Below, piece after piece: positions 10,199 through 20,965 of a stretch of DNA of 64,000 nt; within the stretch, counting starts at the first letter, position 1, and each line of letters begins with the position of its first letter. The notes under the pieces were generated by a model. That model worked only from the letters and a program-made list of their open reading frames with translations, had not been told where the DNA came from and did no database searches. The DNA is from Promethearchaeia archaeon (GTDB taxonomy: Archaea; Asgardarchaeota; Lokiarchaeia; Sigyniarchaeales; SOKP01). Made by a program: the position numbers and the translations under genes. The stretch lies in NCBI GenBank assembly GCA_046483985.1, contig JAWOCD010000110.1, positions 32,001 through 96,000 of the forward strand. The letters run 5' to 3'.

Positions 10199-11314
10199 TT
10201 GCTTGGAGAACAACTTTGGAATTATAAAACACAAGGAGCAATTCTCGGTATTAAGGCGATTAAAATATCAAATAGTGGGGATAAGAGATTAATTGCCCAT
10301 TCGAAATCGGGAGATCTTTTCATTTTTTCATCGGATGGGACTTTATTATTTCAAGATACTATTACAGAAGATACTTCTATATGGTGTTCCGAGTTTTACG
10401 ATCTCACAGGAAATGGGAAGAAAGAAATTATTTTAGGAAGTTATGATGGACTTCTTAGGACATTTCAATTTTCTGACGGAAATAAATTAGATCCGCTCTG
10501 GGCTCATCGATTTGGAGGCTCAATCAGCGGAATTCTCATAGAAGATATTAATAATGACGGTAAAAAGGAATTAATTGTTTATTCTCTAGATCAGTCACTC
10601 CGAGTCTTAAAGGCTACCGATGGCTCCTTAATCTGGGGGCAAATGTTTGAAGAAGGAATCGGAGATATTGTTGTCTGGGAGGGAAAAACGAAAACTACTC
10701 AAAAAGAGATATATGCGGCCGGAAATGATCATACCATTCGAGCTTTCAAGGGGAACGATGGTGCACTATTATGGTTTAAACGGTTTACCAATAAAGTCCG
10801 GTGCGTTGATTATCTTCGTCACAAAGGGAGCGATTATATCTTTTGTGGAGGGGATGATAAAACATTACATATTCTTAGGCGAGACACACAAGAGGAAATA
10901 AAAACTATGTCCTTTGACGACTATGTGTGGAAAGTGTTGAGTTACCCCCCGCAAGAGCATGAGCATATGATAATCTCTTCATATTCTTTTGCCTATTTTG
11001 ATGACTCAGTTTCCATCGATGAGATTTCTTTTACCTCAAAAATGATTGAAATGAATCGTGCGCTTGAGATCGAGTGGGAGGTTGCTTCTAAAAACGTTGA
11101 GTGTATTGATTATTTGGAGTTGAATTCATCATCTTTCCTTGGAGCAGGGACCACAAAAGGGAAATTTCTCTTGATAGCTCCTAGAACGGGGAATATTGAA
11201 TTAAGTATGCGAAAGGAAAGCTGTCTTAACTCCTTTACGCTTTTTCCTTCCGATAAAACCATTTTTACTGCCCATGACGATGGGAATATATATGCATACA
11301 ATCTTGAGATTTAG
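10199..11314 (+). CDS. Beta-propeller protein (WD40/PQQ-like with FG-GAP-like DxxxxGKKE blades)
   Basis: DLTGNGKKEIILGSYDG and DINNDGKKELIVYSLD repeats; no signal peptide. Confidence 0.75.
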   Translation: MLGEQLWNYKTQGAILGIKAIKISNSGDKRLIAHSKSGDLFIFSSDGTLLFQDTITEDTSIWCSEFYDLTGNGKKEIILGSYDGLLRTFQFSDGNKLDPLWAHRFGGSISGILIEDINNDGKKELIVYSLDQSLRVLKATDGSLIWGQMFEEGIGDIVVWEGKTKTTQKEIYAAGNDHTIRAFKGNDGALLWFKRFTNKVRCVDYLRHKGSDYIFCGGDDKTLHILRRDTQEEIKTMSFDDYVWKVLSYPPQEHEHMIISSYSFAYFDDSVSIDEISFTSKMIEMNRALEIEWEVASKNVECIDYLELNSSSFLGAGTTKGKFLLIAPRTGNIELSMRKESCLNSFTLFPSDKTIFTAHDDGNIYAYNLEI

Positions 11315-11615
11315 CGTAAGTGCCGGATGCTTTTTCACTGTTCACGGAAACCATTTCAGATTCAAGAAGAAATCTTAGAAAGATTACAGGAAAAGCGAGA
11401 ATTGTCTCCAATTTTCATCATTTTAATCTTGAATTAGCCGACAATCAGATAAATAACCTTATGTGATGCGGTTATTTTAAAGAAATTAGGCATTGACCTC
11501 CTAAAATGAAGTGGCTGGAGATATCCCAATTTCAGAAGAAATAAAAAGTAAAAGAAAAAAATAGAAAAAAGATTGTGGTAGCTTTAATTTTTGGTAAGTA
11601 CACTATATTAGACCT

Positions 11616-11987
11616 TTACGGACTTGGTTGTGGATTCGATTCGCTGGCTTTTTCTTCTGGTTCTCCTTCCTCTTCAACTTCTACTTCTTCTTCCATTTCT
11701 AACTCTGCTTCAAGTTCTTCAAGTGGAACTGGTGCAGGAGTAGTAAGCATACTATATCCAATCCAAACTGCAATAACGCAGACAAGGATTACTAAGATCC
11801 AAAGCGGGAGAACAGTAAATAGACGCCAGTCTAATAGGTCCACTCCAAAAATCCTAAATACAATTCCATGAGGCTCTCCACCTATTGTAGCTAGGTAGAG
11901 GTCTACGATGGAACCGAGAGTATAAACAATAGCGACAACTACGCCGAGTATCGCCACGATAAGGCCGATTATTTTATCCTTCGACAT
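11616..11987 (-). CDS. Conserved archaeal two-TM membrane protein with acidic tail
   Basis: MSKDKIIG start, two TM helices, WIGYSMLTTPAPVPLEE motif. Confidence 0.7.
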   Translation of the reverse strand: MSKDKIIGLIVAILGVVVAIVYTLGSIVDLYLATIGGEPHGIVFRIFGVDLLDWRLFTVLPLWILVILVCVIAVWIGYSMLTTPAPVPLEELEAELEMEEEVEVEEEGEPEEKASESNPQPSP

Positions 11988-12378
11988 TTTTTTGTTTGTT
12001 TTTTTTTTAATAATTTTATTTATATTAGTAATTTATTTATAATCAAATAAAAACCATATTATCCTTAATTGTTAAAATCTAAAATTATATCTAAAAATTC
12101 CTCTATTTCGTCTTCATCACACTCTCCAACTAGGAATTGGAAAACGATTAAAGGAAAACCATACTTGCCTATACGATCTTTACGGGAGGCAATTACGGTT
12201 CTGCTTGGACATCTGGTAAAGATTAGAAAAAATAAACCAAAATCCTCAGAAAGCTATGGGAATAGACGTGCTAAAATCCAAAATAATTTATATAGGATCC
12301 TTGCTAATCTTACAAATTTATTTTATTCTTTATAAATGTTAAATTTCAGAAAAAGTATTTTAAAAAAAGATTTGAAAA

Positions 12379-12696
12379 TTATTTGGATTTAATCATTATC
12401 AGCATCATTTTGTACTTTTCGATAGCTTTTAGGGCATGGGGTTCATTGGCAGGCATAATAATGGTCTCCCCTTTTTTTACATTAAAAGGCTCCCCATCAA
12501 TAGTTATTTCCACTTCTCCATCAAACACATATACAAGAGCATCATAGGGGGTTGTATGCTCCCTTAATCCTTCTCCCTTGTCGAATGCAAATAAGGTAAT
12601 TGTTCCAACCTCTTTATCAATGATAGTCTGACTAACTACTGAATTTTCTTGATACTCGACTAAACTTTCTAATTCTTTAATTTGTGCTGGTTCCAT
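12379..12696 (-). CDS. Cupin domain protein
   Basis: FAFDKGEGLREHTTP, GETIIMPANEPHAL. Confidence 0.9.
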   Translation of the reverse strand: MEPAQIKELESLVEYQENSVVSQTIIDKEVGTITLFAFDKGEGLREHTTPYDALVYVFDGEVEITIDGEPFNVKKGETIIMPANEPHALKAIEKYKMMLIMIKSK

Positions 12697-12728
12697 ATTT
12701 TTTCCTCCTTGATTAGTTTATAATTTTT

Positions 12729-14633
12729 TTATATCCCTAATTTATCCCGATTAGTTTCTATATGGTCCATCATTGCGTCTACAGCATCTTCGGTATCCGT
12801 TTCCACATGTAGAATGCCGCCGGTAATATCTTTGCAACCTTCCGTTAGCAATTTAACCAAGTCCGGACCGCCAGTTACCGTTGGAATGGGATTTACATAG
12901 GTGTATAAGCCAAAAGCAAGCGCAAAAATGGCATCGATCGTCGCCTTTTGTTCCATATATTCGGGAGCAACTGCAACAATAGGTAAATCAGGTATAGAGA
13001 CTCCCCCCAAGGCATCAGAGACAGCACCTATAAGATCGGCAATCCTCCCAGTATCTGTACACGTGCCATAACTCAACACGGGCGGTATACCCAGTTTTTC
13101 GCAAAGCGCCTCAAGCCCCGGTCCAGCTAATTCCTTTGCTTCTGGAGAACATAATCCAGCAACTTGTAAGGCAGCATTTCCACACCCCATAGAAAGGACT
13201 AATATATCCCTTTTGATAAGTTCTTTTGTAATATCAACGGTATGCACATCTTGTCCCTTATCTCTTAGACTTGTACAAGAAACTAATCCCGCAATACCTT
13301 TTATTGTTCCTTCTTTAAGAGCATCTAGTAATGGCTCCAAAGATCCTCCAAGGGCTTCAAGGATGCTTTCTGTAGAGAATCCCACCATTGCTTCATTAGT
13401 TTCTAATCCAGATACTGGTTCAACTGTATTGTGTCGTTCCTCAAAGTTATCTAATGCCATTTGTAAAATTTTTCTTGCTTGATCTTCGGCCTTTTCTGGA
13501 ATATAGTCAACCCTCTCATCAATGCCCTCAAAAGAGACAACTTCACTTGCGGGAAGTAATTTAAACTTATATTTTTCTGCATAGATCGGATCAATTGGTA
13601 ATGAGCAGTTCATATCTGCGACAAATACGTCAACACACCCACTTGCTAGAATTGCTTCTTGCATTATCCAATTTCCTGTAAATCCATAAAATACATCATC
13701 CATTTCCCACCTTTGGATCATCTCTTGACCTGTTTCTATGTTTGCGATTATTCTCAATCCCTTCGCTCCAACTTCTTCCGCTTTTTCTTGCCATTTTGAT
13801 TTTCTCGCTTCTTGTACCAATGCAAACCCTAAGAAAGGCTCATGACCGTTGGGAAGCACATTTACATAATCAGGATCCAGGACTCCCAAATTAACCCTCA
13901 TATTATGGGGTTTGGGTATGTTAAACAAAATATCTTGGCAAAATTCATTAACAATTTGACTCTGATATGCCATTGTAATCCCCAATCTCATGGCCTTTAA
14001 TGCTAAACTTGCGTAATATCCATCAACATTCGTCAAACAAGAACTTGTCGAGAGCATCATTTCTCCATAAATTCCTCCTGGAAAAATATCTAACTTTTTC
14101 CATGCTTCTTGCCTTTCCTTTGGTGCTAATATTTCTACGATTTTACTATGTTCATGATAGGGACGATTGAAATCTTTCTCAACAAAGTCACACAATCTTA
14201 AGGCAACATCTACATCGGAACCAGATGTTTCTACCCCTAATCTTTCTGCAAAATCTTGTAATTTCTCCGGCTCGCTTATTTTATAAGGAGTGTTTCCTTT
14301 AGCTGTTGCCCTCAATGTCCTAATCGTCGTAGCTGTATGATATTGATACGTAGATGCCCCCATAATATTCCTTAAAAGCATCTTCCTCATTGCCATCCCA
14401 TCTGCGGTGATTCCACATACCCCTCGTTTATCTAATGACGCATCTGCTCGGCAAGGGCCGTTAGAACATAGATCACACCGAGCCCCCTTCATACAGTAAG
14501 AACATCGCTTATCGGGATCATCACCGAATCCTTGGGCTACATATCGATCCCAGACATTTATCATGCCATCATTTTTAATTCGATCATAGACTTTCTGAAC
14601 CGACTTATGGTAAGATATTCTTTCCTTTTCCAT
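12729..14633 (-). CDS. cooS: Ni-CODH catalytic subunit homologue, non-canonical (clade D-like)
   Basis: CDLCSNGPC..RGVCG (B cluster), NGHEP, DMNC, VSC, MGC, GTCTD, MEQKA. Confidence 0.9.
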   Translation of the reverse strand: MEKERISYHKSVQKVYDRIKNDGMINVWDRYVAQGFGDDPDKRCSYCMKGARCDLCSNGPCRADASLDKRGVCGITADGMAMRKMLLRNIMGASTYQYHTATTIRTLRATAKGNTPYKISEPEKLQDFAERLGVETSGSDVDVALRLCDFVEKDFNRPYHEHSKIVEILAPKERQEAWKKLDIFPGGIYGEMMLSTSSCLTNVDGYYASLALKAMRLGITMAYQSQIVNEFCQDILFNIPKPHNMRVNLGVLDPDYVNVLPNGHEPFLGFALVQEARKSKWQEKAEEVGAKGLRIIANIETGQEMIQRWEMDDVFYGFTGNWIMQEAILASGCVDVFVADMNCSLPIDPIYAEKYKFKLLPASEVVSFEGIDERVDYIPEKAEDQARKILQMALDNFEERHNTVEPVSGLETNEAMVGFSTESILEALGGSLEPLLDALKEGTIKGIAGLVSCTSLRDKGQDVHTVDITKELIKRDILVLSMGCGNAALQVAGLCSPEAKELAGPGLEALCEKLGIPPVLSYGTCTDTGRIADLIGAVSDALGGVSIPDLPIVAVAPEYMEQKATIDAIFALAFGLYTYVNPIPTVTGGPDLVKLLTEGCKDITGGILHVETDTEDAVDAMMDHIETNRDKLGI

Positions 14634-15334
14634 ATTTTATACACTTAGACAATTTCTAAACACTATTGAATTTACGATTTATTTTAAGTATGTTTTATTT
14701 TTACTAAATCATAAAATATTTTCTTATAATTTAAAAAATAACTCGAACATGTTCGGTTAAAAGGGAAGATTGGAATTCTAATTAATTTATTACAAGGATT
14801 TATTGATGAATTTAGTGAACGTAAAATTAATTACCAGGATCCTCCCAAGCTTTATATCGCTCTTACAACCAATAATTTCTTCGGTTCAGAATACTTATAC
14901 GATTTGTTATCCCCAAGGAATACCTGAACCTTGCGAATAGAGAAATTTGAAGACACACTAAGAAATTTAGGAAATAACAACTAATGAAGTGTTAGTAAAA
15001 AATTTAAATGAAAAGATAGAAGGTCTGATGAAAAGATGGGCGGTGTAATGGACACTAATCCTACTATTAAAAGAACGGTTGGAGAGATTCTGCAAAAAAA
15101 GCCGATAAGAGAAGATGTGAAGCCGGATATAAAATTATGGCTACCCATGTCATTATCGGAAAATGCACCTTCAAAAGCCAAAACCGTGGAGGATAATTAT
15201 TCGAGAGGATTTCGGATTCGATCAACGCATTCATTTTGATATCCGAATAAAATGATACAAGCAAACTTAAGACTACAAAAACCCTTATATGGGAATAGAA
15301 TTTAATTATTTTTAGCGATATAATATTAAATGTT

Positions 15335-16291
15335 ATGACTCAAAAAAATTATGTCTTAATTATTGGATCCAGTAATATGGACCTCAACATCTATTCCGAG
15401 CGCTTTCCAAAACCTGGAGAGACCGTGACAGGTGGTACTTTTAAACAATTTTTAGGAGGAAAGGGAGCGAATCAGGCGGTGGCTGCCGCTCGCTCTGGGG
15501 CAGATACCGTATTTATCGGAAAGATCGGCCAAGATAAGTTTGGCGACCAAATGATGGACCAACTGCAGAGCGAAGAAATTAATATTGACCATATTATACG
15601 AGATCCCGAAGAAGCAAGCGGGGTTGCCTTTATTTTGATAAATAACAAAGGGGAAAATATGATAAGTGTTGCACCTGGAGCAAACGCCAAATTATCTCCC
15701 GAAGATCTTAATGACCAAAAGGATATCATTAAAAATGCGTCGGCAATTGTAACCCAGATGGAAATTCCCCTTAAAACCATCGAAAGAATCTATGAATTTG
15801 CCGCGGAGGGAGATACAATAAAGATTTTGAACCCTGCCCCCTTAAAACCGATCCCCAAAACCATTTTACAGAATGTTGATGTCATCATTCCTAATGAGGG
15901 CGAGCTGTATCGTCTCTATAAACTTCTGGGTTTAGGCGATATCTCAGAGAGCTCAAAGGAAGCAATGATAAAAGCTTCGAAAGATATCTCCACGCTTGGG
16001 GTGCAAACCATAATTACTACATTAGGAAAAAGGGGCTCCTTACATTTTGACGCAAGAAAAGAAATTGCTAAAATATTTCCGGCGATAAAGGTCCAAGCAA
16101 AAGATACTGTGGGTGCGGGAGACTGTTTTAATGGAGTCTTAGCCAGCATGCTGACGCAAGGAAAATCCTTTCCAGAGGCAATTAAACATGCAACTGCAGC
16201 GGCAGCTGTCGCCGTGACGCGTGAAGGTGCCCAAAATTCGATGCCAACTCTCAATGAAATTAAGGAGATGGTAAAGAATTTTAATTTTTAA
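15335..16291 (+). CDS. rbsK: Ribokinase
   Basis: GSSNMD, GGKGANQAVAAAR, NPAP, PNEGE, DTVGAGDCF. Confidence 0.93.
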   Translation: MTQKNYVLIIGSSNMDLNIYSERFPKPGETVTGGTFKQFLGGKGANQAVAAARSGADTVFIGKIGQDKFGDQMMDQLQSEEINIDHIIRDPEEASGVAFILINNKGENMISVAPGANAKLSPEDLNDQKDIIKNASAIVTQMEIPLKTIERIYEFAAEGDTIKILNPAPLKPIPKTILQNVDVIIPNEGELYRLYKLLGLGDISESSKEAMIKASKDISTLGVQTIITTLGKRGSLHFDARKEIAKIFPAIKVQAKDTVGAGDCFNGVLASMLTQGKSFPEAIKHATAAAAVAVTREGAQNSMPTLNEIKEMVKNFNF

Positions 16292-16348
16292 GCATTTTTA
16301 TATCATAGTTTAATTTCAACACTTGAAAATACCTATTGGTGTCTGGAA

Positions 16349-17014
16349 ATGAAAAAAGAACTACTTCAGCCGGAACGAGGGACCAAGCTTCGGAGAAATA
16401 AGGAGGATTCATTAACCATTACCATCGATAATAAGTTCCTCCCAAATATATTTATAATCAATGAAACTCGGTTTATCACCGACAACGTTTCTCCGGCAGA
16501 TCTGATTATCAAGCCGAATCATCATTACATGTTGATTAACAAAAACGATGAGCCACTCCCGATACACTACAGTGAAGATATTGGAACCCATCCTATTATA
16601 TATGATCCCTATAAATATGAACAAGCCGAACATAAAAAGCTCTCTGCTGACACATTCCTTGAGAAATATGATATCCCCGAAGGGTACATCGATGTCCTTC
16701 CTAAATGGTATAGTTTCAAATTTACATATCCCGAGTATAATTTGATTTTTATTCGACCTGAATTGGGCATTTCCTTCCAAATTCATCAAGAGCGTTCAGA
16801 GCAATGGGAAATTTTGAAGGGGAGTCCAATTATTCTTAATGGAAATAGGGTATACTATAATGTGGCGAATGGAAGCATATTTGTGATTTCTCAGCAAGAA
16901 TATCACACCGTGATAAATCCCCATTCTGATAATTTTGTATTACTCAAAGAACAGTGGAAGGGAAATTTTGCTGAAGAAGATATTACGCGGGTCTTTAATC
17001 CAAATCACTATTAA
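16349..17014 (+). CDS. Cupin protein, type II mannose-6-phosphate isomerase-like C-terminal domain
   Basis: ISFQIHQERSEQW...H...EEDITRV. Confidence 0.65.
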   Translation: MKKELLQPERGTKLRRNKEDSLTITIDNKFLPNIFIINETRFITDNVSPADLIIKPNHHYMLINKNDEPLPIHYSEDIGTHPIIYDPYKYEQAEHKKLSADTFLEKYDIPEGYIDVLPKWYSFKFTYPEYNLIFIRPELGISFQIHQERSEQWEILKGSPIILNGNRVYYNVANGSIFVISQQEYHTVINPHSDNFVLLKEQWKGNFAEEDITRVFNPNHY

Positions 17015-17228
17015 TAAGAAGAGATATTAGTCAAAGCCATCGATAAAAAAAGATTTTGGATTGAAATCCAAACGAAACCTTATAAGTTTTATGCTTTTTG
17101 CTTGTTTTTTTCCATATCTTTGAGAGAGTAATAATAAAATTAATAAAATTTCTTCTACTATTTCATTACAAGTTTACAAATTTTATAAAAAAAAATAATA
17201 GTTGTATTATATTTTAAATTGATGTGTT

Positions 17229-17753
17229 ATGGCTCCAGAAAAAGAACCTGAACAAGAAAAGAAGGATTCTTCAGCAGATGGAGAAAGTGCTGAGGAAGAA
17301 GGAGAAGCGGAAGAGGCTGATAAACGTATTGATGCAAAACAAGAATTAAACAAGCTAAAATTCAAATATCGCGGTTATACTATTGAAGAATTGAAAAAAA
17401 TGAGTATGGATCAATTTATCCAACTTTTACCCGCACGAGCACGACGTTCCCTAAAACGTGGATTACCTCCCCGTCAAAAGAAATTACTCCAAAGATTAAG
17501 ACGGGCATATAGAGCAAAAAAGCGAGGGAAGGATTTAATCATCCGTACTCATGTTCGCGACATGCTTATCTTTCCAGAAATGATCGGATTATCTATTGGC
17601 GTATTTAACGGACAACGGTATAAAGTCGTGGATATCAAGCCAAATATGATCGGTCATTATTTAGGGGAATTTGCCCTAACTCGGCAGCGTGTGGAGCATG
17701 GAACGCCAGGAATTGGAGCAACACGAAGTTCAAAATATGTGCCACTAAAATAA
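17229..17753 (+). CDS. rps19: 30S ribosomal protein S19 (uS19), acidic N-extension
   Basis: [35 protein letters not shown]. Confidence 0.97.
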   Translation: MAPEKEPEQEKKDSSADGESAEEEGEAEEADKRIDAKQELNKLKFKYRGYTIEELKKMSMDQFIQLLPARARRSLKRGLPPRQKKLLQRLRRAYRAKKRGKDLIIRTHVRDMLIFPEMIGLSIGVFNGQRYKVVDIKPNMIGHYLGEFALTRQRVEHGTPGIGATRSSKYVPLK

Positions 17754-17787
17754 TTCAATATATATAATTTAAGTGTGATTAAGCAGA

Positions 17788-18267
17788 ATGCCGTCATGGA
17801 AATATTCCTTTGAGGAGGCTCGTTATGACAGTGAAAGGTTAGCGAAAGCAGCCGGAAGAGATTTGCGAATTAAACCCAAACACTCGCGGGAAATTTGTAA
17901 TGTAATTAAAGGAATGAAAGTGTATGAAGCCAAATCATTTCTCGAGCAAGTCATAATGAAAGAGCAATCCGTGCCCTTCCGACGTCATAAAAAGAAAGTA
18001 CCACATAGAAAGGACTTAAAACGCTTCAAATGGTATGCCGGAAAATATCCAGTAAAAGCTGCAGCGCGGATTTATGAAGTTTTAACCGCAGTTGAGTCTA
18101 ATGCAGAATACAAAGGTTTAGATGTAGATTTATGCAGAATTATTCATGCTGCCGCCCAACAAGGAAGAAAAATAAAGCGATATATTGAGCGAGCGCATGG
18201 TCGTTCGACAGCCCGATTTAAGCGCTTAACACATATTGAATTAGTGATTTATGAAATTCCAGCTTAA
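17788..18267 (+). CDS. rpl22: 50S ribosomal protein L22 (uL22)
   Basis: KHSREIC, GKYPVKAA, RAHGR; operon position. Confidence 0.97.
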   Translation: MPSWKYSFEEARYDSERLAKAAGRDLRIKPKHSREICNVIKGMKVYEAKSFLEQVIMKEQSVPFRRHKKKVPHRKDLKRFKWYAGKYPVKAAARIYEVLTAVESNAEYKGLDVDLCRIIHAAAQQGRKIKRYIERAHGRSTARFKRLTHIELVIYEIPA

Positions 18268-18325
18268 ATTAAATGTGAAAAATGATTGTATTAGTAGAAA
18301 AAAATATGGAGAAACGACTTAAATA

Positions 18326-19162
18326 ATGCCCTTAGCAAAAAAATTTATTGAAAACGGAATAAAATTGATGCAAATTAACGAATACCTGAGGTCCGAGTTA
18401 GATAGAGCGGGTTTTGCAGGTATTGATTTTAACAAGACTCCATTAGGAGTACGCATTACTCTCAGAACTTCTCGGCCAGGACTTGTAATCGGTAAGGGAG
18501 GAAGTCGTATTCGTGAAATTACAGAGGAACTAAAGAATAATTTCGGTTTAGAAATGCCTCAAATTGAGGTTGAAGAGGTCAAAAGACCAGATCTTAATGC
18601 CCAAATTATGGCGGAACGTTTAGCATATTCTCTCGACAGAGGGAGACACTATCGGAGAGCGGGCTATTATATCTTACGTAAAATAATGGATGCGGGCGCA
18701 TTGGGAGCTGAAATAACAATATCTGGAAAGGTGACTTCTCAAAGATCGAGGACGCAAATCTTTAGATCAGGAATAATGACGAAGAGTGGTCATCCCGCCC
18801 AAGAGGCAGTAGATAAAGGTTTATCAACATGTATACAAAAATCTGGCGTATTAGGTATTATTGTAAAAATTTTACATTCAGATTATGTAGCTGGTGACGA
18901 AGTAAAAATCAAACATAATTTACTGGAAAAAGCGCAGAAGGAGAAAAAGAACGAAAAAGCCAAGAAGGCGGCTAAGGCTGAGGCAGAAGCAAAAGCTGAA
19001 GATGAAGAATATGAGATCGAAGAGGAAGAGCGAGAACTAACCGCCGCAGAGCGGGAATTATTTGATGATATTGATGAGGAAGAGGAAGATATCAAAGAAA
19101 TTTCATTAAAACCTTCAGAAAATGAAGATGAAGAAGAAAAGAATGAAGAAGAATCAGAATAA
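18326..19162 (+). CDS. rps3: 30S ribosomal protein S3 (uS3), acidic C-tail
   Basis: RPGLVIGKGG KH domain; GVLGIIVKI. Confidence 0.97.
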   Translation: MPLAKKFIENGIKLMQINEYLRSELDRAGFAGIDFNKTPLGVRITLRTSRPGLVIGKGGSRIREITEELKNNFGLEMPQIEVEEVKRPDLNAQIMAERLAYSLDRGRHYRRAGYYILRKIMDAGALGAEITISGKVTSQRSRTQIFRSGIMTKSGHPAQEAVDKGLSTCIQKSGVLGIIVKILHSDYVAGDEVKIKHNLLEKAQKEKKNEKAKKAAKAEAEAKAEDEEYEIEEEERELTAAERELFDDIDEEEEDIKEISLKPSENEDEEEKNEEESE

Positions 19163-19178
19163 AAAGGTGAGATAATAA

Positions 19179-19382
19179 ATGGGAATAATTAAAGCTTCAG
19201 ATGTACGAGAAATGTCAGTAGAAGAGCGTCAGAGGGCGCTTAAAGAATTGCGAGAAGAATTAATGATGTTACGCTCTATGCAAACGGGAGGAGGTCTCCA
19301 AGATAACCCCGCAAAAAGTAAGATCTTAAAAAAGCAAATCGCTAGAATCTTGACAGTAATGAATGAGAGTAAGGAACAATGA
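19179..19382 (+). CDS. rpl29: 50S ribosomal protein L29 (uL29)
   Basis: KKQIARILTV. Confidence 0.95.
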   Translation: MGIIKASDVREMSVEERQRALKELREELMMLRSMQTGGGLQDNPAKSKILKKQIARILTVMNESKEQ

Positions 19383-19693
19383 AGTATAATCCTAATTATT
19401 TAATTTATCATGATCTCATTGGAATTCATAGTTATGCACGAAATAAATTCCATTCACATCAGTCACAATTCGCAGATATTGGTGTCGTGATTGATGACAC
19501 GGAACAATTATTATTTACCAAAATAAATGAAACAACTAAAAAATATATTAAAAAAGATTATTTATTTCGGTTTTCCCTGCCCGAAACTACGTGGGGAGAA
19601 TCAGTTTTATTAGAAGTGGACGGGACAAGGATAGTTGGACGTCCCGAAAACCGATTAAGATCATTAAGAAAAAAGAGATGGTATAAAATATGA
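19379..19693 (+). CDS. rnp1: RNase P protein subunit Rpp29
   Basis: HDLIG, GVVIDDT, VDG..IVGRPENRL; position between L29 and S17. Confidence 0.92.
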   Translation: MKYNPNYLIYHDLIGIHSYARNKFHSHQSQFADIGVVIDDTEQLLFTKINETTKKYIKKDYLFRFSLPETTWGESVLLEVDGTRIVGRPENRLRSLRKKRWYKI

Positions 19694-20037
19694 GTAGAAA
19701 TATAGGAGTACCGAATGTAAGTCCTCCACCAAAAATATGCTCGGACAAATATTGTCCGTTTCATGGAACAACCCGTATTCGGGGGAAGATCACCACTGGG
19801 GAAGTGGTGAGTAAAAAATCCAATAATACGGTTATCATTCGACAAGATTATGTACATTTCGTCCCCAAATATCAACGATATGAGCGCAGAAATACTCGAA
19901 TTACGTGTCATTTACCCGGGTGTTTAAATGATAAAGTAACAGTGGGCGATGATGTAATTATAGGTGAATCACGGAAGATTTCAAAAACCAAGGCTTTTAT
20001 TGTATTAGATAAAGTTTCAAAGGAGGAAGTGATTTAA
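19690..20037 (+). CDS. rps17: 30S ribosomal protein S17 (uS17)
   Basis: DKYCPFHG, PKYQRYERR, ESRKISKTK. Confidence 0.97.
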   Translation: MSRNIGVPNVSPPPKICSDKYCPFHGTTRIRGKITTGEVVSKKSNNTVIIRQDYVHFVPKYQRYERRNTRITCHLPGCLNDKVTVGDDVIIGESRKISKTKAFIVLDKVSKEEVI

Positions 20038-20038
20038 A

Positions 20039-20470
20039 ATGGGTACACGTAGAAAAACGGGTCGAAAACGATTAGTAAAGCCCCGTACTTCCTATGGAGT
20101 TCAAAATGGCTCAAAAATCTTCATTACCGATAATTCTGGTGCCAAAATTGGTGAAATTTTAAATGTGGACCATTCTAAAACCCGTTTACGAAGGCTTCCC
20201 AAAGCGACTGTCGGGGACGTAGTTACTGTATCAATTAAGAAAGGAAAAAGTGAGCTTCGGGGTCAGATTATGAAAGCGGTGATTGTCAGACAAAGAAGAA
20301 TCTACCGGAGACCCGATGGAACTCGCTTAAGCTTTGAGGATAACGCGGGAGTCATTATTATGGGGGATGGATTGGGTTCACCAAAAGGTACTGAAATTCG
20401 AGGACCTATTGCTCGGGAAGCCGCAGAATTATTTCCACGCATAGCATCCATCTCATCATTAATTATTTAA
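20039..20470 (+). CDS. rpl14: 50S ribosomal protein L14 (uL14)
   Basis: DNSGAK, FEDNAGVI, GPIAREAA. Confidence 0.97.
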   Translation: MGTRRKTGRKRLVKPRTSYGVQNGSKIFITDNSGAKIGEILNVDHSKTRLRRLPKATVGDVVTVSIKKGKSELRGQIMKAVIVRQRRIYRRPDGTRLSFEDNAGVIIMGDGLGSPKGTEIRGPIAREAAELFPRIASISSLII

Positions 20471-20509
20471 TTATGTAACTAAATTATATATGAAAAGTGA
20501 ATAAGATAT

Positions 20510-20965
20510 ATGAAAATTCCCAGCAAAAAACCTAAAAAACAAAGGAAGTCCCTCAAAACTGCAAAAAATCATCAGAGATCGAAATTGTTATCCACTCGAT
20601 TAGCCGATTTTCTGCAGGAAGAGTATGGAGTTAAACAATTACCGCTTCGAGTTGGCGACTCAATTCGCATCGTCAAGGGAGAGTTTAAGGATTTCGAAGG
20701 TGAGGTGGTTGAGATTGATTCCAAGAAACAGAGAGCTAAAATCAAAGAAGCGGTCTTTGAAAAAACAGACGGAACTGAATTTCATCCGTCTATCCATATT
20801 TCCAACCTAATTATTACCAGTTTCAAAGAAGAAGGAAAAAAGATGGATCCTTGGAGAGCGCACATGATTGAACGGAAAGAGGCGTTTCTCTATGATGAAG
20901 AAATCTTAGCACCAAAAAAAGAAAAAGCAAAAATGGAAAAAGGAAAAAAAGAGGTTAGAGAATAA
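20510..20965 (+). CDS. rpl24: 50S ribosomal protein L24 (uL24)
   Basis: KOW motif RVGDSIRIVKGEFK; IHISNLII. Confidence 0.96.
   Translation: MKIPSKKPKKQRKSLKTAKNHQRSKLLSTRLADFLQEEYGVKQLPLRVGDSIRIVKGEFKDFEGEVVEIDSKKQRAKIKEAVFEKTDGTEFHPSIHISNLIITSFKEEGKKMDPWRAHMIERKEAFLYDEEILAPKKEKAKMEKGKKEVRE

Noticed and set aside
12069-12335. 88-aa plus-strand ORF
   Set aside because: The opposite strand looks more protein-like but has an internal stop; probably a remnant
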